From positions 99,299,132-99,363,131 of the forward strand of contig NC_068981.1 of the NCBI RefSeq assembly GCF_001194135.2: a stretch of DNA of 64,000 bases. The letters are read 5' to 3'. Below are positions 11,783 through 44,125 of the stretch, piece after piece; the stretch's first letter is position 1; each line of letters opens with the position of its first letter. The stretch is from Octopus bimaculoides. Its lineage: Eukaryota. The translations under genes were made by a program, and so were the position numbers. The notes beneath the pieces were generated by a model. The model did not search any database, was not told where the DNA came from, and worked only from the letters and a program-made list of their open reading frames with translations.

Positions 11783-14719
11783 TGCTCCATACCTCTGATA
11801 TGCAATGCTACAAACCTCTGATATCTTAAACTAAGTGCTTAAGATGATATATTAGAAGAAAACTCATAGCCAACGACATTAATGATAAAATGCATGATAT
11901 ATATTAAAAAAAAATGTAAAAATATGAAAATATGTATTCAGTGAAGGAAAAAGTGACACTATATTGTAAGTGGGGATACTGCAATAAAGATGTGATGAAT
12001 AATAGTTATTTGTATACAAAAGATCCTGAACTGCTAATTGGTAACAGATGAGGAAGAGGTTGTGTAATTAAAAGTGGTGACAAATAGTTCTTTATACAAG
12101 ACAAAAAATGTATTAGCTTACTGTTGATAGATGGGGCCTGAGGTATATGGTAAAAATAGAGAAATGAAATAGAACTTGTGAGAATAGCTGCTACAGAAGT
12201 AAAATGTAGAGACAACTGGACTGAAACAATTTGTAATCTATTTTCAGCTGGTTTACTGTCAGTCAACTAAAGCCTAAGTAATGTGCCGGTAGTCATGTGA
12301 TTTATACTTCATCTTTTATTTGTTATAGCCACTGGACTGTGGCCATGCTGGAGTATTGCCTTGAAAGGTTTAGATGAACAAATTACTCTCAGTACTTAAT
12401 TTTTTTTTATGAGTCACTTTTGCTAAACTGTTAAGTTATGGGGACGTAAACAAACAAACACTGGTTGTGAAGCAGTGGTGGAGGGAAAACACAAAGACAC
12501 ATACATATATTATACATGGGCTTTTTTTGGTTTCCATCAATCAAATCTACTCAAAAGGGTTTGGTTAGCCTGGAGCTATAGTAAGAAACACTTGCCTAAG
12601 GTGCCACATTGTGAGACTGAACCCAGAACCATGTGGTCGAGAAGCATACTTCTCACTTCAGAGCTAAAATGCCTGCCAGAATCCTATTCCAACCAAAAAA
12701 TTAATATCTCCCTCTTCTTCAGTTATAACAGTCATAACTGTTCTAACCTCAAAACACTTCTGACTTCACTATTAATCATACAACTGCCTCATTCTCTCAC
12801 TCTACCAAAGTTTATGAAATGAGGACAAAAAGCTACAAATAATCTCCTTCAGTAGTTAGTAAAAAGAAAAGTAATAGTAACATGCTCTACTGCTGACATC
12901 TCCAATCCATGAAAGTATGGAAAACAGATATTAATACAAGAAAGACAATGAAGATGACAATGGTTGTTGTGTATATTTTTTGGTTGTGGTGCAATTAGGA
13001 ATGCAAGAAAAACAAAAGTAAATTATACGATTGTCTGTCAGAGAGGCATCATATAACAAGAACAAAGGAATGGGATGAAGTAATTAGGGGACACCCCTAT
13101 TCAGCATTTCAGTAAAGTGTGAAGACCTTTACAAAAATGATAATTTTATATTTAATGTGAACAATGGGAACACATATAATGAAAATTATTGTATGGACTC
13201 TTCCAATGTATGTTTGAAATAAAAACACAGCAATGATAATAATATAAAAGATGATCTTCAGCATCTCAAAAAAAAATATCCCTCAGTCATTTATTTTGTT
13301 TTTTCTTCTCTTGGCTGAAATACCAGCTTAACACTGTATCTTTTTAAGATGATCTTGTATCTCTTTCTCAGGAGTTAGAACTGAGATATATAAAATTAAA
13401 CACCCCATTCAGAAGCATATCTGTAACAGACTTGAATTCATGATTTATGACACAGTAGGTCAGTGTTTTATGCTTTCATCCGTTTTACTTCAACTTCAGT
13501 GTTGTACTGAATGTTACTTGGACCACTACTTTTATTGACAAGCATTCAGTTCAAGCTGTGACAATCTCATCCTTTTGTTCTTGTTTTCCTGGCATATCAT
13601 ATCCAGTATATTCATTCATTTTAAACTGGAAGACCAAACGTTTTAAATACATTATGGCGTTAGTTCTAGCAAGTAGTGTTACCATATTGATACTCCTTCA
13701 CTGGCTAAGGAATTCAACCCCACTTCCTTCTAGCAGACTCTGGAAATTTCAAGTAGCATCAAATTGATCACCTTCCTTTGCACATCCTCAAACATTTTTA
13801 AATGATACATCCTTGATATCATTAACTACATAATTTTCTCTACAAATCAGTACGTGGATTAAGAATACCGTGCTACACACAAACATTATACAAAAATTAT
13901 AATTGTTTTAACTATATCAGCCTCCTTACTACCCTAATTATCAGATATCAGCGAAGCTTTTAATCCATTACTCACTATTCATTTATATACAAAATACTAA
14001 ACACTTCCTTCATAAACAACACTCAGCTTACCAGACTTACATTAATATACAAACACATCCAGAATTTTCAATTTCACAAATGGAGTACACAAAGATCCAT
14101 CCTCTGACTCATATTTTTTAAACTACACCTGCATGAGTTTCATCCCTGAAAGAGCTTCTACATAGTCACTCAAGTTGCTAGAACCACCCCACCACCAGCT
14201 AAGTTCTCCTCAAACCACACCATTCCATCTTTAGGAAGAGAACAGACACTATTTGGATGACAGTCTTGGATAAAGGATCTGAAAATAAGTTGGGATAATC
14301 ACAACTGGAATGCTTTGGTCATAGGTCTGCTCAATCAGAGCTAACTTGTGGCTAAGCAAGTGGTGTACAGAATCAGAATGGATTAAAAAAAATTTAATTA
14401 AAATAAACAAAAAAACGAAAGAAATCATAATTCTGAATTAATTTGTCATTCTAATGATAAAAATGACATATTTAAATGAGCCTTGTCATCCAGTGACCAA
14501 ATCTTACTTCATAACAGAATAGTAAAGAGTATCTTAGATTCTGAGATGAGCTGTTATGGAGACATTTTTCAGATTGCTAGGTAGTATATTGACACTGCTT
14601 TATTTAGTTCTATCTCCAATCATTAAAAAATGTTTCTTCCCAAATCATTGTTTTCCAACGCAATCATTTAGATCAATGATTCTCAACCATTTTTTTTCTT
14701 ATGGACCTTGGCATAACTA

Positions 14720-15190
14720 GATGTGTACCCCAACCCAACTTTGTTGCATCATAACTTCCAGAACAAAACTTTCAAAAGATAACTGCTTAGATCCTGTAGA
14801 TTGAGTGTATGTAATGATTTGTTGCCAAAAATGTTTCCGAGGGGTTGGGGAGAGGAGTTTCAAAAACTTCACACAACCCATTTTACCCCTCATAGCTTTC
14901 AGGTGTACCTCACAAAATTTGTTGCCTCATAACTTCCAGAAAAATGGATACTTTTTAACGAAACTTTCAAAAAATAAGCACTTAGATCCTGTAGATTGAG
15001 TGTATGTAATGATTTGTAGCCAAAACTTTTTCTGAGGGATTGGGGAGAGGAGTTTTGAAAAATTCACACGTCCCAACATTTTCCCCCTCATAACTTTCAG
15101 GTGTAGACCATCGAGTTTGTTGCCTCATACCTTCCAGGAAAATGGATATCATTTAGTGAAATTTTATGCAAATACCTTTCAAATGATATA
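14720..15190 (+). repeat. Tandem ~195-bp repeat (about 2.3 units)
   Basis: CTTAGATCCTGTAGATTGAGTGTATGTAATGATTTG recurs at about 14786 and 14981; related sequence at 20590-20830. Confidence 0.7.
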
Positions 15191-18100
15191 GATTATGATT
15201 ACAAAGAAATTTATTGGCAAAATGTTTTACAAGGAGGCAGAGTTTCAGATCAGACGGCCCACATAAACAGGAATTTCTCCATTATGATGGGGAATTTTTT
15301 CCAATTTTTTTTCACCAGTCTTCAAAGTGATGGGAGACATCTTTTCAAGAAGAAAAATAATAATTTTGAAAATTTATGTTTTTTTCACTCGCGCCATCTC
15401 CCTCACCACCTCAGTCCAGACTAATTTTGGTCATTTTTTTTTTCCACTACACACTTAAAACCCATGGGAGAAATATTTTCGGTTAAGAAAAAATTAATAT
15501 TTTCAGAGGAAAATGTGTGATTTAAGGGAGATCTCAAGACCACCCTCCTTGTTTTTTTTCTCAAATATGTATTGATGTTTTTCAATATTTTCCCCCATAA
15601 ACACATTTATGCTGTAAAAAAATTTATCCCTGCTCCCGATTGTTTCTATTTATAATTCTAAAATATTGGAGAGCCTGAAAAGATTATTGCTGGGATTTAT
15701 CCAGAGTGATTTATTTTGATAGCATAATTTTCTGTTAGAAAATGCTTTTTCCAGATATTTTCTGTTTGGTTGCCAGCGGCTGCCAACGTAAATTTTCAAA
15801 TCAAACTGATTTCATATTCAGTTTAATCAATGGCAGACTGGCCAGGTTGCCAGCTTGCCCAATGGTAAGTGCCCCCCTGTGCCATTAGAATCCATATATG
15901 GGGGCCCAGTTAGTATCTAAGGGGCTCATCCCTTCAAGTTTAAGAATTTTTTATTCACTCCTGGAAGAATGCATTATTTCAACCTGGCTGTGTTTACAGT
16001 CAGTTGAAAAGAATACTTTTAACAAAAAAACAAAAAAAAAAAAAACTAACCAAATGATAGCATTGTAATTGCGGGTGGACCCCCTTAGTCTCCTGGCAAC
16101 CAATAATTTTAGACCCAGTCCGCCACTGAGTGTAATGATACACTTTTATAGGCTAATTAATGATGTGAAAGTACTTTTCGCTATAAATCAATAAATAAAG
16201 AGTTATTAGTAATTAAAGTTAAAAAATTTTGGTAATTTTAGCCAATTGTATGCCACAAACATTCTTTAATTTTTGGAGCTGTTGGCAACCAAACAGAAAA
16301 GATCCTTTTTTTCTTATACACACGGCTGGGGTGCGAGTAAAANNNNNNNNNNNNNNNNNNNNNNNNNNNNNNNNNNNNNNNNNNNNNNNNNNNNNNNNNN
16401 NNNNNNNNNNNNNNNNNNNNNNNNNNNNNNNNNNNNNNNNNNNNNNNNNNNNNNNNNNNNNNNNNNNNNNNNNNNNNNNNNNNNNNNNNNNNNNNNNNNN
16501 NNNNNNNNNNNNNNNNNNNNNNNNNNNNNNNNNNNNNNNNNNNNNNNNNNNNNNNNNNNNNNNNNNNNNNNNNNNNNNNNNNNNNNNNNNNNNNNNNNNN
16601 NNNNNNNNNNNNNNNNNNNNNNNNNNNNNNNNNNNNNNNNNNNNNNNNNNNNNNNNNNNNNNNNNNNNNNNNNNNNNNNNNNNNNNNNNNNNNNNNNNNN
16701 NNNNNNNNNNNNNNNNNNNNNNNNNNNNNNNNNNNNNNNNNNNNNNNNNNNNNNNNNNNNNACACATGTGTTGCCGCTCTGCAAAATGTCAGAAGTAATG
16801 GAGATTAAATACGCTTTACACCGCTTAAATTGCCAAAGGAGTAAGTGTAAATAGCTGAATACTTGTCAGTGATTGGTTGAAATTATCGAAATAAGACAAT
16901 TTTTTACATGAAATAAATTCGAATACAAAAATTTTTTTCTGTTCTATAACACAAAATAGATAAGTATACGAAGTTTGAAAGTCTTACGGTACCAAAAACA
17001 TTACATAAAACATAAATGAAAACTGGTGCCCCCGTTTTGAACAGGATCCGAAAAACAGTTAGTTTTAAATCTCTGAGCGAAATGTAGGACAAATAAATTT
17101 TAATTTAAAATTACGTCATATGTAAACAAACATAAGTTTGTTTTTGAAGCGTTGAAATGTATTATAGAACAAGTAAAAAGATATATTTTTCAATGCGTAA
17201 ATACTGACAGAACAGCATATTATATTTTATAAGGATTTTATCAATGACAAAAAGAAACAAACAATTGAAATATGTTTAATAACAGTTTCAATATGATATG
17301 CATGCAGAAAAATCTGTCTGGTGACACACGTTCTTTGCCCACTTCTGACAGCTAATAGCATGACAGTGCCAAATTAGCTGCTACTTTTAAGAGGTCGAGT
17401 GTTTTATTTTATCAGTCTAACAACTAGCACTGTTTTGGTGGCTGACGAAGATTTTTTCTTAAACAACACAACAACGAACGACAAAAACAATTCTAAACGA
17501 TTTAATATAACCAAACCTTCCCATTCTAAAAACAAACACAAAAATCACCACACAAAAATTACAAAAAAAAACAGGCGGAAAACCAAAATGGTATAACTAC
17601 AGCTTGGTGCCCCCTTCTGACTTCATTTCCCCATAACTTTCTGAAAAATATATAGTTTTGAATAAAAATTTTGTAGATTCACGTTTTCACGGGTACAGAT
17701 AACTGTTACAATAACATTAAAAATATTTTTGGAGGGGTTTTGGATCAATCTCCCCACTACCCGTCGGCGTTCCTACAGAATATCTTTAAAATACATATTT
17801 TTAAATGACATTTCGTAGAGATATGTTTTTGAAAGTGTAGGTTATGTAATGTTGAATTTTCAAACTTTTAAAGCTTAAAAAAACTAGAAAAAAGACAACA
17901 AAAAAAGGCAGTTGTTACAGAAAGCACGAGGTGAGGAGAATGATCAGAAACTCCAAAAAATTTCTTAATATTATGTCAACATACCCACTCGAAAATGCAT
18001 CTCTGCAAAAAATATGCATCTTTCAGAAAATTATGAAGATGCAAACTAGATATCCAATCCTACTCATAGACCGTGTGGTCGTTGGGGCATTTGCTGATGA

Positions 18101-18633
18101 CGTAACACCAGTTTTCGTCATTTCTCTCGGTTTTCTGCCACCCCGTGAGTCGGCGAAATTGACAGCTATTCACTCTTTGTAGTTACAATCCCACAGTAAA
18201 ACGTTATACCCAAATATCGTCGCTCTGTTACGTATAATGAAATCAAGTGATTTTTGTTCATAAATTTATTTTTGTCATCATTACAAATTGCACAACATAT
18301 CAAAACACTCGCTTCTTGATGGTATACCTTTTAACAGAAGCCACAGTTCCTACGTTAATAAAAGTAACCTTGATTAAAGGCCAAAATACGTCTTAGAAAT
18401 TACTGTCAAATATCCCACAAGTCACACCTGATCGACTGGGGGTAAAACACATTAGATAGCGTAGTTTCAGATACCTTATGCCTGAAAGAAAAAAAGTCGT
18501 CATGGTCGGAACAACTTTGACCATAGGTTTGCTGGACCAGGGATAAAAATCACACAACTAACAGCCTTTCTATGTAAAATGTAAACAAACTTGAACGGTA
18601 GTTTCTCTTTAACAATTAGTAAAGTTTATTTCA

Positions 18634-18750
18634 ATTGGCTAAGGCCTTCATGAGAAAGCCAATCAGATCTTTTGTTATATATAACTATTCAGGTGCTTGT
18701 TCTAGCCTAGTATATAAGGCTGTTCCCCGGTTTCGTCTGCCTCTTCGAAT
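18634..18750 (+). promoter_or_regulatory. Candidate AHCY core promoter: two CCAAT boxes, a TATA box and a pyrimidine-rich initiator region
   Basis: ATTGG at 18634, CCAAT at 18659, TATATAAG at 18711, CCTCTTC about 30 nt downstream of the TATA, ATG at 18815. The TSS position is inferred. Confidence 0.55.
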
Positions 18751-18814
18751 TATAATCGTTTACTGGCAGCTACTGTCGTTTTGCTCGTCCTACCTTACAC
18801 TTCATATCAACGGA

Positions 18815-38599
<19,785 letters not shown>

Positions 38600-38755
38600 G
38601 TTATAACAAATTAATCCATTATCAAAACTCTTATAGGGAAAGGGTATTTTATTTTGGTTCTAGTATATTTTTATTTGGCATAAAATAACTCTTGAAATAA
38701 TGGCATTACACTTGTTTTGTGGCAACATTGCCATTTGTTTCAAATGAACTTTCCA

Positions 38756-38794
<39 letters not shown>

Positions 38795-39629
38795 AAGATT
38801 AACAAAAAATATTGTTTTGGATTATAAGTTTGTTTTTTTATTTTTATGGTAATACCAAATGGTTCAGTGGCTGCTATATATTTGATTTATTACACTATGG
38901 GACCCAAGCAAAACTAGGATTTGAATATTTTCTGTAAGCCTCAGTATCTCCATCCAGATTTGCTAGAGAAATTTGTTATATCTACAAAGTGTTCAACACA
39001 CTTATGGCATAAAATTCTAAATGAATAAATTGTTTTTTAATGTATTTTTCTTAATATTTTGGGCAAATATTAAAAAACCCTATGGTGCAAAAATCGCAAT
39101 TTTTTTCTAATAAAAAAAAAAGCTAAAACACTAAATTCTTGATTTTAATTTTTTGTTTTGGTGAAAGAACTTCTATTCAAAGTTTTAGAAACTTCTTGGA
39201 TTGACTATTTTCATGCTATTCTGCATTGCATTCAAAGAAATTTTCAAAAAAGAAAAGGAACGTACCATTTCAAGATCTAGGACTAATAGAGCCAGTTACT
39301 TGGTTTCCATGATGTATAAGTGATAGAGCTAGCATTTCCCCTGGCTGGGATTTCAGTCCATCGCAAGATTATCCATTTACAGCTGAGTGGACTGGTGCAA
39401 CTTGAAGAATTTTGTTCAAGAACGAAATACATTACCCAGTCCAGCAATTGAAATTCAGTTTTGCAATCTAACTCCTAAGTACCTTCACAAAAGGAAAGAA
39501 AAATATCCATATTGTATGAGAACTAAGTTATTCACTGACCTGCTATAATGCCAAGTCAAAGAATCAGATGGCTCATCTGTAACTGATGCTGCATTGTTCA
39601 TGGTCAGAATATTTAACTTTCAAAAAAGA

Positions 39630-40410
39630 GAAAGAACGAGTTTCGGGCATTTGTCCTTGAAACTGTAAAGTCTTGGTGCAGACAAGCTGTTATAAGAAAA
39701 TGGGTTGATTTAATTATGTCATTTGTTTTACGTGGTTCTCAGAGTCTTTTAGTCTGGGATCCGGCCAGTACTCACCGTGCAAAAGATATAAAAACTTTCC
39801 TTTCTGAAAGAAGGATTGACCACATGATGATTACCGCGGGAATGACTTCATATCTACAAACATTAGATCTTATAATAAACAAGCCTTTCAAGGATTATTT
39901 GCGGATGGAAGTGAATCAATATATTGAACATAGAATGGAGAGAAATCGGTGTGGAAACTTTGTCAAACCCAACAGCCAAGAAGTCGTTAATTGGGTGAAG
40001 AATTCATGGAATAAAATTACCAACAGATGTGTTGCCAATGCATTATGAGCAGAGTACTTAGACAAAAAGTGTTTATTTAAGGTAAGTTATATTGCCAAAA
40101 ATAGGAGACCGGGATCTATGATTCTATGGGAAATAGATTTACAAGAAATTCAGTCTGAAGTTCAGGGTTTGATGATTTATGATGTTCCAGAAGAGGAGGA
40201 AATGTTTGTACTTGACTAAAAGCAATAAGCAAATAAATAAACTTTTGATAACTGAAAACATGGAATTCCTTTTACATGAGGACATGAGACTTCTTTGTTT
40301 TCCTTGGATTTTTTTCCACAAAAATATAAGACATCTTTCGGAAATAAGCCCTAGTGTGTTTTACAGATGCAAAATTAATATAAGACTGGGTCTTATTTTC
40401 AGGGAAACCT
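39630..40410 (+). mobile_element. pogo/Tigger-like DDE_1 transposase remnant
   Basis: LLVWD..STH...TSYLQTLDLIINKPFKDYLR; terminal GGGTCTTATTTTCAGGGAAAC resembles a pogo-family end. Confidence 0.75.
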
Positions 40411-42584
40411 GATATTCTTTGTCAGATTCATACATCTTGACAAGGACTGTCTGACAGTTTGTTAATTTGTGTAACTTCAGTTGTCATTATGAAAAAGTTA
40501 GTTCTGGCAGTCACAAGCTAATGTAATCAATAAAGTAAACAATAAAATAGTATCCAAAAACTACTTGATTTATATATTGAAGAAATTCATTACACAAAAA
40601 TGTTATAGAATTATGTTGGGATTTTAACTTGGTCACAACATTCCAATGGATTGACAAACTTGATTATATTTGATATTGACTGTAAACATATGCAATTAAG
40701 TGAAATCAACTATAAGTTTGTGTGTAGCTTAATATTTGGTAAAGAGTAGTAGTGCATGATGTAATGTAGCTCAGATGTGTTGTGAAGTTTCAAAATATTA
40801 CATGTGCAGTGTTATTCCATTATAATATGTTGGCGTCATTTGACAGTGGTCATGCTGGAGCACCACCCATTTAGTCGAAGAAATCTACCCTAGACTTATT
40901 CCCTGTAAACCTGGTATTTATTCTATCAGTCTTATGCCGAACAGCTAAGTTATGGGGATGCAAACACACCAACATTGGTTGTCAAACAATATAGGTGGTG
41001 AGACAAACACATAAGAATATAATATATATATATATATGATGGGCTTCTTTCAGTTTCCATTTACCAAATTCACTCACAAGGCTTTGGTCGGCCCAGAGAC
41101 TCTTTAAAGTATAGAGTTGAATTTTGTGTAGCCCCCTGTTGGCAACTTTTCTCCCTCACCCATTTTGTAGGGGGTATTACCCAATTTTCTGGGCTCTTTT
41201 CACAGCTATACCCCATTCAAAATTTGCATTAGTTTTTGTATGAAAAAAAATGGAAGGGAGCAGGGCTTGTTTGTAGAGAAAATGTTAGATGTGCCTGAAA
41301 GAAAAACATGGTCTTTCCTTTCCCTGCCAACTAAAAGATATGAAGAACTATGAAAGGTGAATAAGTACTAGGGGTGGGAGAAAGAAGTGAGAACAGTTGA
41401 TCGTTCTAGAACTCCCAGAATAAAAATGTAAACACCTGAAAGACTTTCTCTCTATTCATTACTAAATGTCTTACCTTCTTCATTGTTAAAAGTAAAGAAG
41501 CTAGAAAAGATCGATCATATTTTAGTCACTGTAAGCAGTGAAACCTAAGATGAAATAATTGCTATTTCATTGTGTATTTGTCCTTGACTCACGCCCAATT
41601 TGATAACAGCCTGCACATCAATGTTTACCTGGGAGCTTGGCCTCCAGATCTGTGAGACCCCAAAATACTGCTGTTAGGACCAGATTAACAACTATAGTGA
41701 CTAAAAAGATTTTCCTGTCCCTATATAGGATCTTTTTTCATTTTCTTCCAACCACTTGAAGGTCTTGCTCCAGTTCAATCAGCTGGCCAAAATGAGTCGT
41801 AGCTGTAATTGAAAGGGGCCAGCCTTGTCATATTTTGCATGAGGCTGAATCTCCTTGAGAACTACGTTAATGATCTGCATGTCTGTGGATTACTCAGCCA
41901 CTTGCAAATTAATTTTATCCTCGTGTGGTAATAAAAAGTGAAGGTGACAAACAATATTTGCTGTGTCTCTGTATCAACTTTTCTTTGGATCTATGTATCT
42001 ACTGTCTTTCTCTCTTTCTCTTCCTGTGTCCCTCCTTTCTCCCACTTTTAATTTAATGATGTGTGTATGTATCTATGTATCAACTTTTCTTTCAATCTAA
42101 GTAAATATTTTTCTTGCGATGTGGCTATGTAGCTATTTTTCTTGTTTAAAAACACAAAACGAATGCCGTCACCACTCACTGTATCTTTCACTCTCTTTCT
42201 TACTTCCTCTCTCCGGCTTTGTCACTCACTCCCTCTTTTGAGGTAAGTGCAACACACATAACAGGTACGTACAAAAAGAACAAGTTGGCATATTAATATT
42301 ATTGATACATGCATATACATACATGATTGAAAATTAAATTTTATTTTTTATTGCCACAAGAGTAATCTCCCATGAATAATGCTGAATAATGAATTGATAG
42401 CGTCGATCTATTGACTTCTGGCTGTGATTTCTTTTTACTGAATAAAATAAAGGCACCATTATTTTAAGGGAAATGCCTCAACAACTGACCATTTTCCAGT
42501 ATGAAGAAAAAACAGAAATCAAAATTAGGAGTCAACAGATTTTTGACTTTCACAAACGACAGTCTAATTTGAAGCTCTGAGACT

Positions 42585-43003
42585 TCAATCCTTTTTTTCA
42601 GATTTTTTTTTTAGTTTTGTTTTTTCCTCTGGTTTAATGTTCACCATCTGTGTTTTATCAGTTTTGGCTACATGTTCCGCACTAGTTGGATAAGATGTTA
42701 AGCTAGACATGGCAGAAGACTTTGGTCTTGCTGAAGGAAAACCTACAGGTTCATCTGGTTCGTTACCAACATTGCTATCAGATAGTGATAATGTACTCAT
42801 ATTGGAAGTGATATCAGCATCTTCAATAATAGTTTCTAAGCTTACTGAGAAGTCAGAGACTGAATCATTCTCAAATCTCTGAGTGAGAAATGTTTCCACA
42901 GTTGAACCAGTACTACTGTGCTTTAAACATGGGTAGTAGATAGATCGGTTTCTCCGACGTTGTGGATGAACACACCTTTTCTGCAATCCTGAAGGACCAT
43001 ATA
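42585..43003 (-). CDS. SHFL: SHFL terminal exon
   Basis: cag|(V)YGPSGLQKRCVHPQRRRNRSIYYPCLKHSSTGSTVETFLTQ...KLKKKSEKKD*; AATAAA on the minus strand near 42340. Confidence 0.9.
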
Positions 43004-44092
43004 CTGTAGATAAAATAAGAAAAGAAAGGATGATTATATAAGCAAACTTAACTGCTGTTAGTCATATTATTTTTCTTATTTAAATAGAATCTAACTATTC
43101 TGATAATGTAGAATGACTCAGATGACAACATACACCTTCCTATCCTACTTGATATTCTCTATCATAATATTTATGTTTGCTGGTTTTGCTTTGACATTTG
43201 CTCATCATTTTCTCAAAGTTATTAGACATGTCACTGGGTTTTTACACTTAACTTGTTATGTTCTCCAAGAGTTTGTTCAGAGGTACATATAACTTCACAA
43301 GCTGGTCAACCAGGTCATGTAAGTTACAGAAAGAGTTGAAATGCAGTTTGGCTTTATGCCTAGGAAAAGCACTATTGATACCACCTTCCAAGAGAGGTAA
43401 CTGTAAAAGTGCATGACCAGGAATAAGCTAATATATAACTAGTATTTGTCAACCTAGAAGAGGCCATTGACATGGTTCCATTCTGTGATTTGGTGGTCTC
43501 TGAGGAAACCAGTGTTAAATGAATGGCTTATGAAAATATAAGCCATGTAGAGAGGTGCAGTTGACAAGGTGAGAATCAGCAATGTATTCAGTAATGAAAT
43601 TAGTGTTCAGATAGGGGTTTGATAGAACTTTGCCCTAAACCTTCTCTGTTCATTCTAATCTTTCAAGCTATAAAAGAGGTGTTTAAAACAGGCTGTCTAT
43701 TTGAACATTGCTGATCATGAGAGCTATAAAAACTTGGTCAACAGCAAGTGAGGAAGTAGACTTCTCATGAGGCAAATGCACAGGGACATGAAGCACTACA
43801 AGTTTGCAGGAAATAGGTTATATCAAATATCCAAAAGATTGCCTAGAAGGAGCTTGTTATCCTGGTGATCTAAATAACAGTGGGGTGGGGTAGGATGGTT
43901 TGAAAGCACAATAGGCAGAGTAAGAACAGTCAAGAAGCCTAATCCTATACTTTGCTAGACATTAAAGGGCTCCTCTCTCAGAATTAAGGACAAATTGAAC
44001 AGTGCATGTGCATGGTGAGATGTGGATCTTCAATGCAGGGTATTTGCAAAGACTATAAACATGCTTCAATGAATGGGTAACACTACTGTGCA

Positions 44093-44125
<33 letters not shown>

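Noticed and set aside
16760-18300. AT-rich region upstream of AHCY that may be DNA-transposon derived
   Set aside because: No TIR pair, TSD or coding motif that I could establish; left unassigned
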